64,000 nt of DNA, taken from positions 5,696,001-5,760,000 of the forward strand of contig OZ245006.1 in assembly GCA_965223545.1 (NCBI GenBank), read 5' to 3'. The notes under the pieces are model-generated. The model saw only the letters and a program-made list of their open reading frames with translations, was not told the origin of the DNA and made no database searches. Position numbers and translations under genes: made by a program. This document shows positions 26,652 through 35,234 of this stretch, one piece after another (positions within the stretch are counted from its first letter, which is position 1; each line of letters begins with the position of its first letter). The DNA comes from Planctomycetota bacterium. Lineage in GTDB: Bacteria > Planctomycetota > UBA1135 > UBA2386.

Positions 26652-29320
26652 TGCCCGGCTGGCGGGGCGCGCTCCGCATCGGCGCGCTGCTGATTGGCTT
26701 CGGCCTCGGTGCGCAGCAGCCGGCGCCGATGGAGGCGTTCGGGCGGCATTTTCGCGAAGCGTGCGCGGCCCTGGCCGCGGGGGACCTGTCGCGCGCCGCG
26801 GCGGAGTTCGCCGCGGCCGACGAGTGGATCGATCGGCTGCCGGTCGAGCGCCGCGCCCAGGCCGCATTCTTCGGCGGCGTGCGGCGCGGCGAGCTGGCGC
26901 TGCGCGGCGGCGACCCGGCGGCGGCGCGCGCGCAGCTGCTGGCGACGCGAGACGCGGCGCGCAGCGCCCCCGCGGTGCGGGACAAGCCGGTCTACGGCGG
27001 CATCTACCGGGTCTTGCTGTGGACTCTGCTGTGGAGCTGCATGCCCGAGCACGAGGTGCTCGAGCTGCTCGACGAAGACGACGAGGCCGCGTTCCTGCTC
27101 GACCCGGCGACCGCGCGCGAGGTCGACCAGCGCATGGCGGCGTATGCCGTGCCGCTGCAGCTGCTGGCGGCGGAGCTGTTGCTGTGGCGTGGGCAGGAGG
27201 TCGAAGCGGTCGCCCGTTTGCAGGAGTTGGCGGACGTGGTGCGCGCGGATGCCGGCGTCGCCGCCGATTGGCGCGACCGCTGCTTGGTGCGGCTGGCGTT
27301 CTACTTCGCCGTGCGCGCCGACTACGACCGCGCCGAGCTCTACCTGGAGCAGGTGTCGGCCGCCGGCGCGCGCGAGCCGCGGGCGGTGATCGCGCTGCGG
27401 CGCGGCGACGTCGAGGGGGCGCTTGCCGTGGCCCGCGAGCTGGCGGCGGCGGATCCCGCCAAAGCGGCGCTGGCCGGCGAGGCGCTCGAGCAGCTCGGCC
27501 GCCACGCCGAGGCGCTGGAGCAGCACCGCATCGCCCTGCGCCACACGCCGCCGGCGCGCGATCTGGTGCAGCACGCGGTTGCGCGCGCCAACATCGCCGA
27601 GTGTCTGCTCGAGCTCGGGCAGCTCGACCAGGCGGGTGCCGCGCTGGCGGAGGCGTTTGCGGCGCTGGATTCCGCGCCGCCCAGCCGGCGGGCCGATGCC
27701 GAGCGGGCGCAGATGCTCACCGACGCTGGCCTGCTCGCCGAGCGCCGCGGTCAGCCGGATCAGGCGCTGGTGCGCTACCAGCAGGCGCTGGAGCGGCTCG
27801 ACGACGCGCGCCGGCGGTTGCCCTTCGACCCGCTGGGTTCGTCGTGGCTGCGCACGCACCTGGGCAGCGCGCTCGAGCCGGCGATCGAAGGCGTGGTGCG
27901 CACCGCGGCCGACAACTGGGTTGCGCTGGCGGCGGTCGAGTTCGGCAAGGCGCGTTCGCTGTTGGACCTGCTGACGGCGCCGTCGATCGCGGCGCCCGAC
28001 GACGCATTGCGGCGCGCGATGCAGGCGCTGGCGGTGGCCGGCGATGCCGCCGAGACCGCGGCGCTGCGGCAGGAGGTCGAGCGGTTGCGGGCGGCGGCGC
28101 GGCGGACGGCACCGCGGGCCGAAGCGCCGTCCGCCGACGCGCTGCGCAGCCAGTTGGCGGCGGCGCGCGGGGGTGTCTTCTTGTCGTATTGGCTGGGCCG
28201 CAAGCGCGCCTGGTTGCTCGCCGTGACCGGCGCCGGCGCGGAGCTCGCCTGCGCGCGCTACGACCTCGGTGCGCGCGATGCCGTGTTGCAGGACGTCGTC
28301 GCCGCGTTCCGCGCGGTGGCGCTTCGCGCCGCGGACCCCGATCCCGCGCTGCAGGCCGCCGCCGAGCGCCTGCTGCCGGCGGCGGTGCGCGGCGCGCTGG
28401 TCGAGGGTGCGGTGATCGTGTTCTGCCCGGATCCGGTGTTCGAGCGCGTGCCGTTCGAAGCGCTGCCGCTCGGCGGTGCGCCGCTCGGAGTTCGTCACGA
28501 CGTCGAGTGGGCGCCGTCGCTGGCGGTGCGCGACGCGCTGCGCGCCCGCCCTGCGCGCGGCCGCGCCATCGTGTGCGTCGACGGGGTCGAGGTCACCCCG
28601 ACCCTGCGGCGCGAGTTCGGCGTCGACCCCCTCGTGCACGGCGCGCTCGAGGGCGACTTGGTGGTCGCCGCCTACGCCGGCGCGTTGCCGCCGTTGCCGA
28701 TCGAGCGGCTGACGGGCGCGGCCGCCAGTCTCGAGGCGTTGTCGGCCACCCTGAAGCGCGCCGCGACCGACGTGTTGCACATCAACGCGCACGCCGTCGT
28801 GCGCCCGTTCGTGCCGTCGTCGTCCGCCCTGTTGCTCGCCAGCGGCCCCGAGTTCATGCCCTCGTTCGCGCACCAGCCGCTCGACGGCGCCATCGTCGTG
28901 CTCAGCGCGTGCGCTTCGGCGACCGGCGAGGCGCGCGGTGGCGAGGGGGTCGCTGGCCTGTTGTGGGGACCGCTCGGAGCCGGCGCGCGCGGCGTCGTGG
29001 CCTCGCGCTGGCAGGTCAACCAGGAATCCACCGCGCGGCTGATGGGGGGGTTCCACCGCGCGCGCGCGGCCGGCGCCGGCGAGGCGCGCGCCCTGCGGTT
29101 GGCGCGGCAGGAGCTGCTGCGCGACGCGGCGACCGCGCATCCTTATTACTGGGCGGGCTTCGTCAGCTACGGCGGACGTTCGGGAAACGTCGCACGCACG
29201 TTAGAATCTGTTCGTTACCGCCGAGACCAGTGGTTGTGGCCGGTCGGCGGAGCACTGATTGTAGCGGTCGGTATCAGTGCGGCGTTTGCCGTAGCCAGAC
29301 GCAAACGTCGCCGTCGCTAG
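26651..29320 (+). CDS. TPR-CHAT (caspase/HetF-like) cysteine protease with signal peptide and C-terminal TM
   Basis: GTG overlaps upstream TAG; TPR-like helices; KARSLLD, PD..F.RVPFEAL, LHINAHA (His 28790-28792), VVLSAC (Cys 28910-28912), GARGVVASRWQV, HPYYWAGF; TM plus RRKRRRR tail. Confidence 0.88.
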   Translation: MPGWRGALRIGALLIGFGLGAQQPAPMEAFGRHFREACAALAAGDLSRAAAEFAAADEWIDRLPVERRAQAAFFGGVRRGELALRGGDPAAARAQLLATRDAARSAPAVRDKPVYGGIYRVLLWTLLWSCMPEHEVLELLDEDDEAAFLLDPATAREVDQRMAAYAVPLQLLAAELLLWRGQEVEAVARLQELADVVRADAGVAADWRDRCLVRLAFYFAVRADYDRAELYLEQVSAAGAREPRAVIALRRGDVEGALAVARELAAADPAKAALAGEALEQLGRHAEALEQHRIALRHTPPARDLVQHAVARANIAECLLELGQLDQAGAALAEAFAALDSAPPSRRADAERAQMLTDAGLLAERRGQPDQALVRYQQALERLDDARRRLPFDPLGSSWLRTHLGSALEPAIEGVVRTAADNWVALAAVEFGKARSLLDLLTAPSIAAPDDALRRAMQALAVAGDAAETAALRQEVERLRAAARRTAPRAEAPSADALRSQLAAARGGVFLSYWLGRKRAWLLAVTGAGAELACARYDLGARDAVLQDVVAAFRAVALRAADPDPALQAAAERLLPAAVRGALVEGAVIVFCPDPVFERVPFEALPLGGAPLGVRHDVEWAPSLAVRDALRARPARGRAIVCVDGVEVTPTLRREFGVDPLVHGALEGDLVVAAYAGALPPLPIERLTGAAASLEALSATLKRAATDVLHINAHAVVRPFVPSSSALLLASGPEFMPSFAHQPLDGAIVVLSACASATGEARGGEGVAGLLWGPLGAGARGVVASRWQVNQESTARLMGGFHRARAAGAGEARALRLARQELLRDAATAHPYYWAGFVSYGGRSGNVARTLESVRYRRDQWLWPVGGALIVAVGISAAFAVARRKRRRR

Positions 29321-29378
29321 AGCGCAACAGGTGGAATCGTGCGCTGTGGCCCAGCTTGAATCGAGCTTCCGCTCATCG

Positions 29379-30959
29379 CTACAGCTGGTTGTTCGCAGAC
29401 TGACGTAGCCAGCGGAAGTCCTCTCGGGACAGGTAGCCGCCGATGAAGTAGTCTTCAATGACCGTTGCGCCATCGTTGAGTTTGTGGCGGGTCACCAACC
29501 CGCTGATACGTCGTGCCACGTGGGTTCGGAGAACGGAGATTAGCGACCAAGCTGTCTCTCGTAGAGTGCGGTAGTGCGTCGAAGTCAAACCCCCTGCCGA
29601 GTATGTTGCCCGGACCTCTTCCAGAAGAGCCATGAGTGCGCTGATGCCCTTGCTGAGTTCGTTCACGTAATCGGTTTGTTGCTCTTTTTCGGGGTCGATT
29701 ACCGGTCGCTCAAGCGGTGAGTCGCCGACTCGTCGAAGGTTTACGTTGGTTGGCAAGGCCCTAACGTATATGTCGGTGATGTTTTGCAGGAGCCGTGCAT
29801 TCTTCCATCCAGAAATGAACCACACGAGAAATGCCATGACCGCTGCGGAGGTGGCTGCAACCGATGTAAGAAACAGGACCCACGCGCGAACGCGATCGTG
29901 CCACTTGCCGCTGTGTTCTTTGTCGAAGGCTGCGAAGAAGGCGTGTTCATTCAGGTAATCCTTCTCGGGATCGGCCTTTCGGATTGCTTCGAGTTGTTCG
30001 AGGAACTCTCGTAGTGAAGCATCGGGAAGGTCGCGCGAGCAAATCAGATACGCGTAGCTGCCGAACGTTGTGGTGCTCTCCCACTCGGATCCGTAGCGGT
30101 CCTCAAATGTTGTTGGGCGGAGGCTGCGGCCGAACTCGCGATTGATCAGCTCAACCGTCGCGGGCCGAATGTTGATGAGTCCTAGTTCCGGCGATTTGTC
30201 GAGGGCATTCTTGACTCGGTCAACGGGTAGGCCCGCCATGTAAAACACGATGCCGCATGGCGACCCCGGTTGGGTGAGTGCATCGACCGCCTCCGGAAGA
30301 GGAAGGCCCAAGTCGTTTCTAGCGGAGATATCGAGCAGGTTGAAGAGAAAGCTCGAGAAGACCTGTGTGCCGCTGCCTGGTTGCCCGGAGCTAATGGTCG
30401 AGTGCGAGAAGATTTTGCGAAACTCCGGCATCTCGACTGAGACTTCGTTGTTCTCGATGGCGGCGAGAAGGACAGGTTTTTCGTCATCCGTTAGGGTCTC
30501 CGATTCTGCGGCATGAGCGAGCAGGCGCTGTCGGTTGTATATGATGTGCATTCGCTCCAGGTATAGTGGGACCACAAAGCGAACATTGCTGCGGATGATA
30601 TCGTCTTTCCTAAGTGTGTCTTCCTGAAGGAAGCCGACTGACTTGGCCGTGGCCATTACTTTGACGGCGTTCTCAAACCCTCCACTTGTTGCTCCGAACG
30701 GAGCATCGCCAACCGGCTCAAGGAGGTCTTCGGCGTCGCGTAGCACGGATGTGGCGAGTGCGTGATAGATTCCGTCCTTTTCTCCAGCAAATAGTCGGAC
30801 TTTGTCGGTTGCGAAGCGGGGCCACAGGTTTCGGCTGGGGTCATAGAACTCTGTGACGTAGTAGTAAAGTCCTACAGAGAGCGCGACGGCTAGCGTGTAG
30901 AGAGCGGTGCGGACAACGCGTGGGTGGCGTGCAAAGATGTCGACTGCGCCTGCCTGCAT
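29379..30959 (-). CDS. Membrane-anchored TAXI-family (TRAP) solute-binding domain protein with C-terminal TM and helical domain; low-GC gene
   Basis: AGEKDGIYHALA, TSGGFENA, LQED, PLYLERMHI, GQPGSGT, FYMAGLP motifs; N-terminal TM and second TM (WVLFLTSVAATSAAVMAFLVWFI); many A/T-ending codons. Confidence 0.75.
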   Translation of the reverse strand: MQAGAVDIFARHPRVVRTALYTLAVALSVGLYYYVTEFYDPSRNLWPRFATDKVRLFAGEKDGIYHALATSVLRDAEDLLEPVGDAPFGATSGGFENAVKVMATAKSVGFLQEDTLRKDDIIRSNVRFVVPLYLERMHIIYNRQRLLAHAAESETLTDDEKPVLLAAIENNEVSVEMPEFRKIFSHSTISSGQPGSGTQVFSSFLFNLLDISARNDLGLPLPEAVDALTQPGSPCGIVFYMAGLPVDRVKNALDKSPELGLINIRPATVELINREFGRSLRPTTFEDRYGSEWESTTTFGSYAYLICSRDLPDASLREFLEQLEAIRKADPEKDYLNEHAFFAAFDKEHSGKWHDRVRAWVLFLTSVAATSAAVMAFLVWFISGWKNARLLQNITDIYVRALPTNVNLRRVGDSPLERPVIDPEKEQQTDYVNELSKGISALMALLEEVRATYSAGGLTSTHYRTLRETAWSLISVLRTHVARRISGLVTRHKLNDGATVIEDYFIGGYLSREDFRWLRQSANNQL

Positions 30960-31089
30960 TGAGTTCTAGCTCCTCACGGGTCTCGAGGTCGTTCCGCCGT
31001 GGGTCGGCGACGGCACCTCACATCGCTCAGAACGTTGAGAGCGAGACGGCCGGACGCAGAAACCAGGGGAAACTGGTTCCGCCGGCCTC

Positions 31090-32853
31090 TCAGTTCCAGG
31101 GCAGCACGTCGTCGTCGATCGCCGGTGCCGGCGGTGTCGTGTGCACGCTCCAGCGCGCGCCGATCGCCGACTTGATCAAACCGCCGCCGCTCCAGTACAG
31201 GATCGCCGAGGCGTCGCGGCGGGCGCCGCCGTTCAGGGCGTTGGCGGGGTCCTTGTAGTGGGCGGAGAGCATGACTTCGCCGCCGAAGGTGAGGCCGCCG
31301 GGCATCCAGTGGGGGCCGCGGGCGATCAGCTGTGGGAGCTTGGTCGCCACCGTCTGCACGAAGGTGGTGAAGCGGACCATCGCGGTGCTGGGATCGATGG
31401 GGCGGACGTCGCGGCCCCAGTAGACGAACTCCGGCGATGGCAGGGTCACGTCCTCCTGAAACACCGCCAGCTCGACCTCGGTGGCGCCCGTTGGCGAGCG
31501 GGCGAACGGCATGGTGAGCTCGATCTCCCACTGGTGCAGGCCGGTCTCGCCGACCTTGCCGCGGTCGACGAGCTGCACGCCGACCGGGCGGCGGTCGATC
31601 TCGCGGTTGAGCAGGCGGAGCCAATGGGCGCGGTCGGCGAGCTGCACGAACACGTCCTCGTCGCCATCGCCGTCGGCATCGCCTCGCAGCAGGCTGACCG
31701 CCCCGCCGCGCGCGGGGCCGATGCCGGCGTACGCCGTGTCCGGCGGCGCGCGGTAGACCTGTGGGCGCCCGAAGCTGCCGGCTCCGAGCGCGGGAAACAG
31801 CGCGACGCCGCCGCCGTCCGCCGTGTAGGCCAGCACGGTGGCCGACTTGCCCAAGCGCTCACCGAACGCGGTCGCGGCGTGGAACGGCGCCAGCGCCCCG
31901 CCGGGGTGCGCGAGCCCGACCGCGTCCCAACCCGACGGCGTCGCGCGCAACAGCACCACGCCATTGGTCAGCACGATGCCGACCTCGTCGCGGCCGTCGC
32001 GATCGGTATCGCCGGCGAACACGTCCTCGATCGGCCAGGGATAGGGCAGGTACAACCACCAGCGGAACGCGCTGCCGTCGTCGCGCAGCACGCCGATCCC
32101 GCCGCCGTCGAAGTGCACGACCGCGTCGGCGCGCCCGTCGCCGTCGACGTCGAGGAGGCGCAGGGCGCGCGCCACCGCCGGCAGCGTCGCGCGCACCTGG
32201 CGCGCCGGGGCGAGAAAGCCCATCGACGTGTCCATGCACAGCTTGAGCAGCAGCGTCTGACCGCCGGGCAGCTCCGCCAGCACGCCGATGTCGTCGTGGC
32301 CGTCGCCGTCGGCGTCGCGCGTGTCGATCTCGTAGCAGCCGGGGACGACCGGCCACGACGAGTTCAGCGCGAAGCCGCCGCCCTGCGGGTTGGTGGCGAA
32401 GGCATAGGTGTAGTGTGCGGCCAGTAGGGTCGTGCTCTGGCGGTCGACGAGCAGGACCCGGTCGCCCAAGGAGTAGGCGGTCGACCGAAAGGTGGCGGCG
32501 TCGTCGGCGGGGCGAGCGGCGAACGTATGCCAGCCGCGGAACCGACCCAGCGAGGACGCCCGCGCCATCTGCACGCTGAGCTCCTGGCCGCCGTTGGTCG
32601 CGGGCGCCAAGAACCACGCGTCCAAGTGTTGGTCCGCGTCGAAGTCCGCGCAGCCGGCGGCGGTGGTGACCACCGGGCGGGGGTCGCCGATCGCGGTTTG
32701 GAACGGCGCGAACGCCTCGACCGTAGGGTTCTGTGAATACTCGAGTTGCGGGGGTACTCGCTGGGTCGACGCCGCCGCTCCGAAGCCCTGCGCCGCGGTC
32801 GAGGCGGCGAGTACGGCAACGGTTGTGGCGGTCAGGGACGGCGCGGCGAACAT
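31090..32853 (-). CDS. Exported FG-GAP/VCBS repeat protein
   Basis: Signal peptide; Ca-blade motifs DFDADQHLD, DADGDGHDD, DVDGDGRAD, DTDRDGRDE, DADGDGDED. Confidence 0.8.
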   Translation of the reverse strand: MFAAPSLTATTVAVLAASTAAQGFGAAASTQRVPPQLEYSQNPTVEAFAPFQTAIGDPRPVVTTAAGCADFDADQHLDAWFLAPATNGGQELSVQMARASSLGRFRGWHTFAARPADDAATFRSTAYSLGDRVLLVDRQSTTLLAAHYTYAFATNPQGGGFALNSSWPVVPGCYEIDTRDADGDGHDDIGVLAELPGGQTLLLKLCMDTSMGFLAPARQVRATLPAVARALRLLDVDGDGRADAVVHFDGGGIGVLRDDGSAFRWWLYLPYPWPIEDVFAGDTDRDGRDEVGIVLTNGVVLLRATPSGWDAVGLAHPGGALAPFHAATAFGERLGKSATVLAYTADGGGVALFPALGAGSFGRPQVYRAPPDTAYAGIGPARGGAVSLLRGDADGDGDEDVFVQLADRAHWLRLLNREIDRRPVGVQLVDRGKVGETGLHQWEIELTMPFARSPTGATEVELAVFQEDVTLPSPEFVYWGRDVRPIDPSTAMVRFTTFVQTVATKLPQLIARGPHWMPGGLTFGGEVMLSAHYKDPANALNGGARRDASAILYWSGGGLIKSAIGARWSVHTTPPAPAIDDDVLPWN

Positions 32854-32986
32854 GGCGTCGGGAGGCCCGGCAGGAGCGCGATGCCGCGATCATAGCGGAC
32901 CGCGCCGGTTCGGTGGTTGTCCGGCGCCGCCGTCGTCGCCGGGACAATCGCCAGAAATCGTCGCCGCGGTGGGCCGGGGCTCGACC

Positions 32987-34213
32987 TCAGAACGCGAACG
33001 ACCACTGCAGGATCGCGTCGAACTTGTCCGTGTCCGCGGCGCCGTTCGCCGCGTCGGTCAGAGTCTGCGTCAGCTGCAGGGTCAGGGCGTTGTAGTCGGC
33101 GAAGTCCCACCGAATGCCGCCGGTGAACGCCTCGAGGTCGTTGCGCGAGTCGAAGTAGGTGTCACGGTCGTCGACCCGCACGCGGTCGTAGCGCACGTAC
33201 GGAGTCCAGGTGTCGAGCTTGTAGCCCAGCTGGGCGTACAGCCCCCACGAGCCCGAGTCCGGCCCGGGCTGCTCGTGCGCGACGTGGAAGAACTCGACCA
33301 GGGCCTCGACGGGGTGTGCCGTGTAGGCGACGTGCGCCGAGAGAATGCGCTCCTCGAGCTTGCCGTGCAGCGGGCTGGAGCCGGGCGTGGTGTTGGGCGG
33401 GATGTCGTCGAACATCGCGCCGCCGCCGACACGCAGGCCGGGGATACCGCTCGGCTCGAAGAACAGCCGCGCGTTGACCGCCTTGGAGCGGTTGGCGTCC
33501 GCGGTCCGCTGCTGCGCGAGCTGCGTGCGCCCGCGGCCGTTGGCGGCCTCGACGGTGAGGTCCCACAGACCTGCGTCGGTGTCGTGGCGCGCCTCCAGCT
33601 GGACGCCGTTCAGGTGGATCGGCAGGATGCCGCGGAACGAGAGGATCGCCGGGCGACCGACGCTGGTTTGCAGCCACTCGCCGTGGTGGTAGGTCTCGTT
33701 CCAATAGCCCAAGCTGGTGTGCAGGCGGCCGACCTTCAGGGTCAGCCAGTCCAGCAGGTCGTAGCGGAGGTTGAGGCGGTGGACGTTGATGGAGGTCGAG
33801 CCGCTGGACGTGAAGTGCAGTGCGGTCTCGCTCAGGAAGGAGATGCGCTCGGTGATCTGCGAGGTCAAGAACAGGTCCAGGTGGCCCGAGGCGAACTCGT
33901 TGCTGGATACCGGCGGGCTGCCTTCGCGATCGGTGTAGTCGTAGCCGAGGCGGAAGTGGCCGAAGCCGTGGATCTCGATCGGCGGCAGCGTCACCGGATC
34001 GGGCTCTGGTCGTATCCGGGTCTCCGCCTTGTGCTGCTGGAGCTCGGCGCGCAGCAGCTCGAGCTCGTCCTCGAGGGTCTCCAGCCGCGCCTCGGTCTCG
34101 GTCGGGGTGCCGCCTCCCGGCGGGGCAGGATCCTGACCCGGAAGGCCGACGGCAAACGCTCCGGAAAGGGCCGCGAGCAGAACGCCGTAGCTGCTATTGG
34201 AACAAGTAGCCAT
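32987..34213 (-). CDS. Outer-membrane porin-like beta-barrel protein
   Basis: Signal peptide, coiled-coil ETEARLETLEDELELLRAEL, alternating beta-strands, LKVGR.HT..GYWN..YHHG, C-terminal aromatic WSFAF. Confidence 0.78.
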   Translation of the reverse strand: MATCSNSSYGVLLAALSGAFAVGLPGQDPAPPGGGTPTETEARLETLEDELELLRAELQQHKAETRIRPEPDPVTLPPIEIHGFGHFRLGYDYTDREGSPPVSSNEFASGHLDLFLTSQITERISFLSETALHFTSSGSTSINVHRLNLRYDLLDWLTLKVGRLHTSLGYWNETYHHGEWLQTSVGRPAILSFRGILPIHLNGVQLEARHDTDAGLWDLTVEAANGRGRTQLAQQRTADANRSKAVNARLFFEPSGIPGLRVGGGAMFDDIPPNTTPGSSPLHGKLEERILSAHVAYTAHPVEALVEFFHVAHEQPGPDSGSWGLYAQLGYKLDTWTPYVRYDRVRVDDRDTYFDSRNDLEAFTGGIRWDFADYNALTLQLTQTLTDAANGAADTDKFDAILQWSFAF

Positions 34214-35120
34214 CGTGGTCGAACCGTTTGCCGTCAATCGTGAGGATCTTGACCGGTGCCGATCGCGGGATTGCGGCCGCGGGCACGGCGGCGATTCCGC
34301 CGGGGTGGGTTTCGAGCGCGTCGACGCGTGCCTGGGCTCCCTGCAGGCGCAGTGGCATGTTCAGCGCCTTGTGCCGGTACTCCATCATCGCCCAGTGACG
34401 CCGCAGCGCGGCGGCGTCCATCTGGTACACGCGGTGGAGCAGTAGGTGCATCTCGGTGCTGCCCTCGTTGGGCAGCAGCAGCTGCACGGGCTCGCCGCCA
34501 TCCCAACGCGGTTGGTCGAGGCGCAGCACCCGGCGCAGCTCGCGTCGGGACAGATCGGACTGTCCGTGGTCGCGGTGCACCGCCAGGACGAGGCGGTCGC
34601 CGCCGGGGCAGAGCAGGGCGGTTGCCAGCGCTGCCGTCGCGATGACGTCGAGTTCGCTGCGCGCCAACACACCGTCGGCTTGCAGCAGCCCCTGGCGGGA
34701 GGTGGTCAGCAATTCGCCGCGGGGCAGCAGGTCGTCACTGGTGGCTTCGTCGGGCGCCCGCACCGGCAGCACGGCTGCCGTCGAGTGCAGGCTGTCGGGC
34801 TCGCACCGCACCGTCACCACCGGGCACGAGTAGTTGGATTGAGCGGCGAACCGCGCGGCGCGCTCGCCGACGACGAGCAGGGCGCAGGCACCGTTGAAGC
34901 GCGCATAGGCCTTTCGGCGCCCACGCTCGTCGGCCAGCTCGAGCAGGCTGACGTTCGCCCGCTTGGCCGTCGTGATCTTCGGCAGCGCGCGCTCGATCGC
35001 GGACGCGGTCGCCTTGTCCGCCCCGGCATACAGGATGTAGACCTTCTGTGCCGGGGCCCGGGCGCTCAAGACGCCCAGCAAGAGCAGCAGTGATCGAGTC
35101 GGACTGAGAAACCTGGACAC
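34194..35120 (-). CDS. Exported protein with C-terminal periplasmic-binding-protein-like (PstS-like) domain
   Basis: Signal peptide; C-terminal VHRD...LS..EL..V...W..G..V...PGGIA.V....VKILTIDGK pattern; overlaps the porin gene start. Confidence 0.6.
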   Translation of the reverse strand: MSRFLSPTRSLLLLLGVLSARAPAQKVYILYAGADKATASAIERALPKITTAKRANVSLLELADERGRRKAYARFNGACALLVVGERAARFAAQSNYSCPVVTVRCEPDSLHSTAAVLPVRAPDEATSDDLLPRGELLTTSRQGLLQADGVLARSELDVIATAALATALLCPGGDRLVLAVHRDHGQSDLSRRELRRVLRLDQPRWDGGEPVQLLLPNEGSTEMHLLLHRVYQMDAAALRRHWAMMEYRHKALNMPLRLQGAQARVDALETHPGGIAAVPAAAIPRSAPVKILTIDGKRFDHDGYLFQ

Positions 35121-35234
35121 CTGATGAGCCTCTACTGGGTCTACCGGAGCCCTTCGGTCCAAGCGGAGCGCTGGCTTGAGGGATTCCCCGCTCGACGGCG
35201 CTTGCCGGGGCCTCGGCCGTACAGCCGCGCCGGT

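Noticed and set aside
26444..29403. Alternative 898-aa (minus) and 935-aa (plus) ORFs over the CHAT gene
   Set aside because: Arg/Gly/Ala-rich frame artefacts; only the 26651-29320 frame has CHAT motifs.
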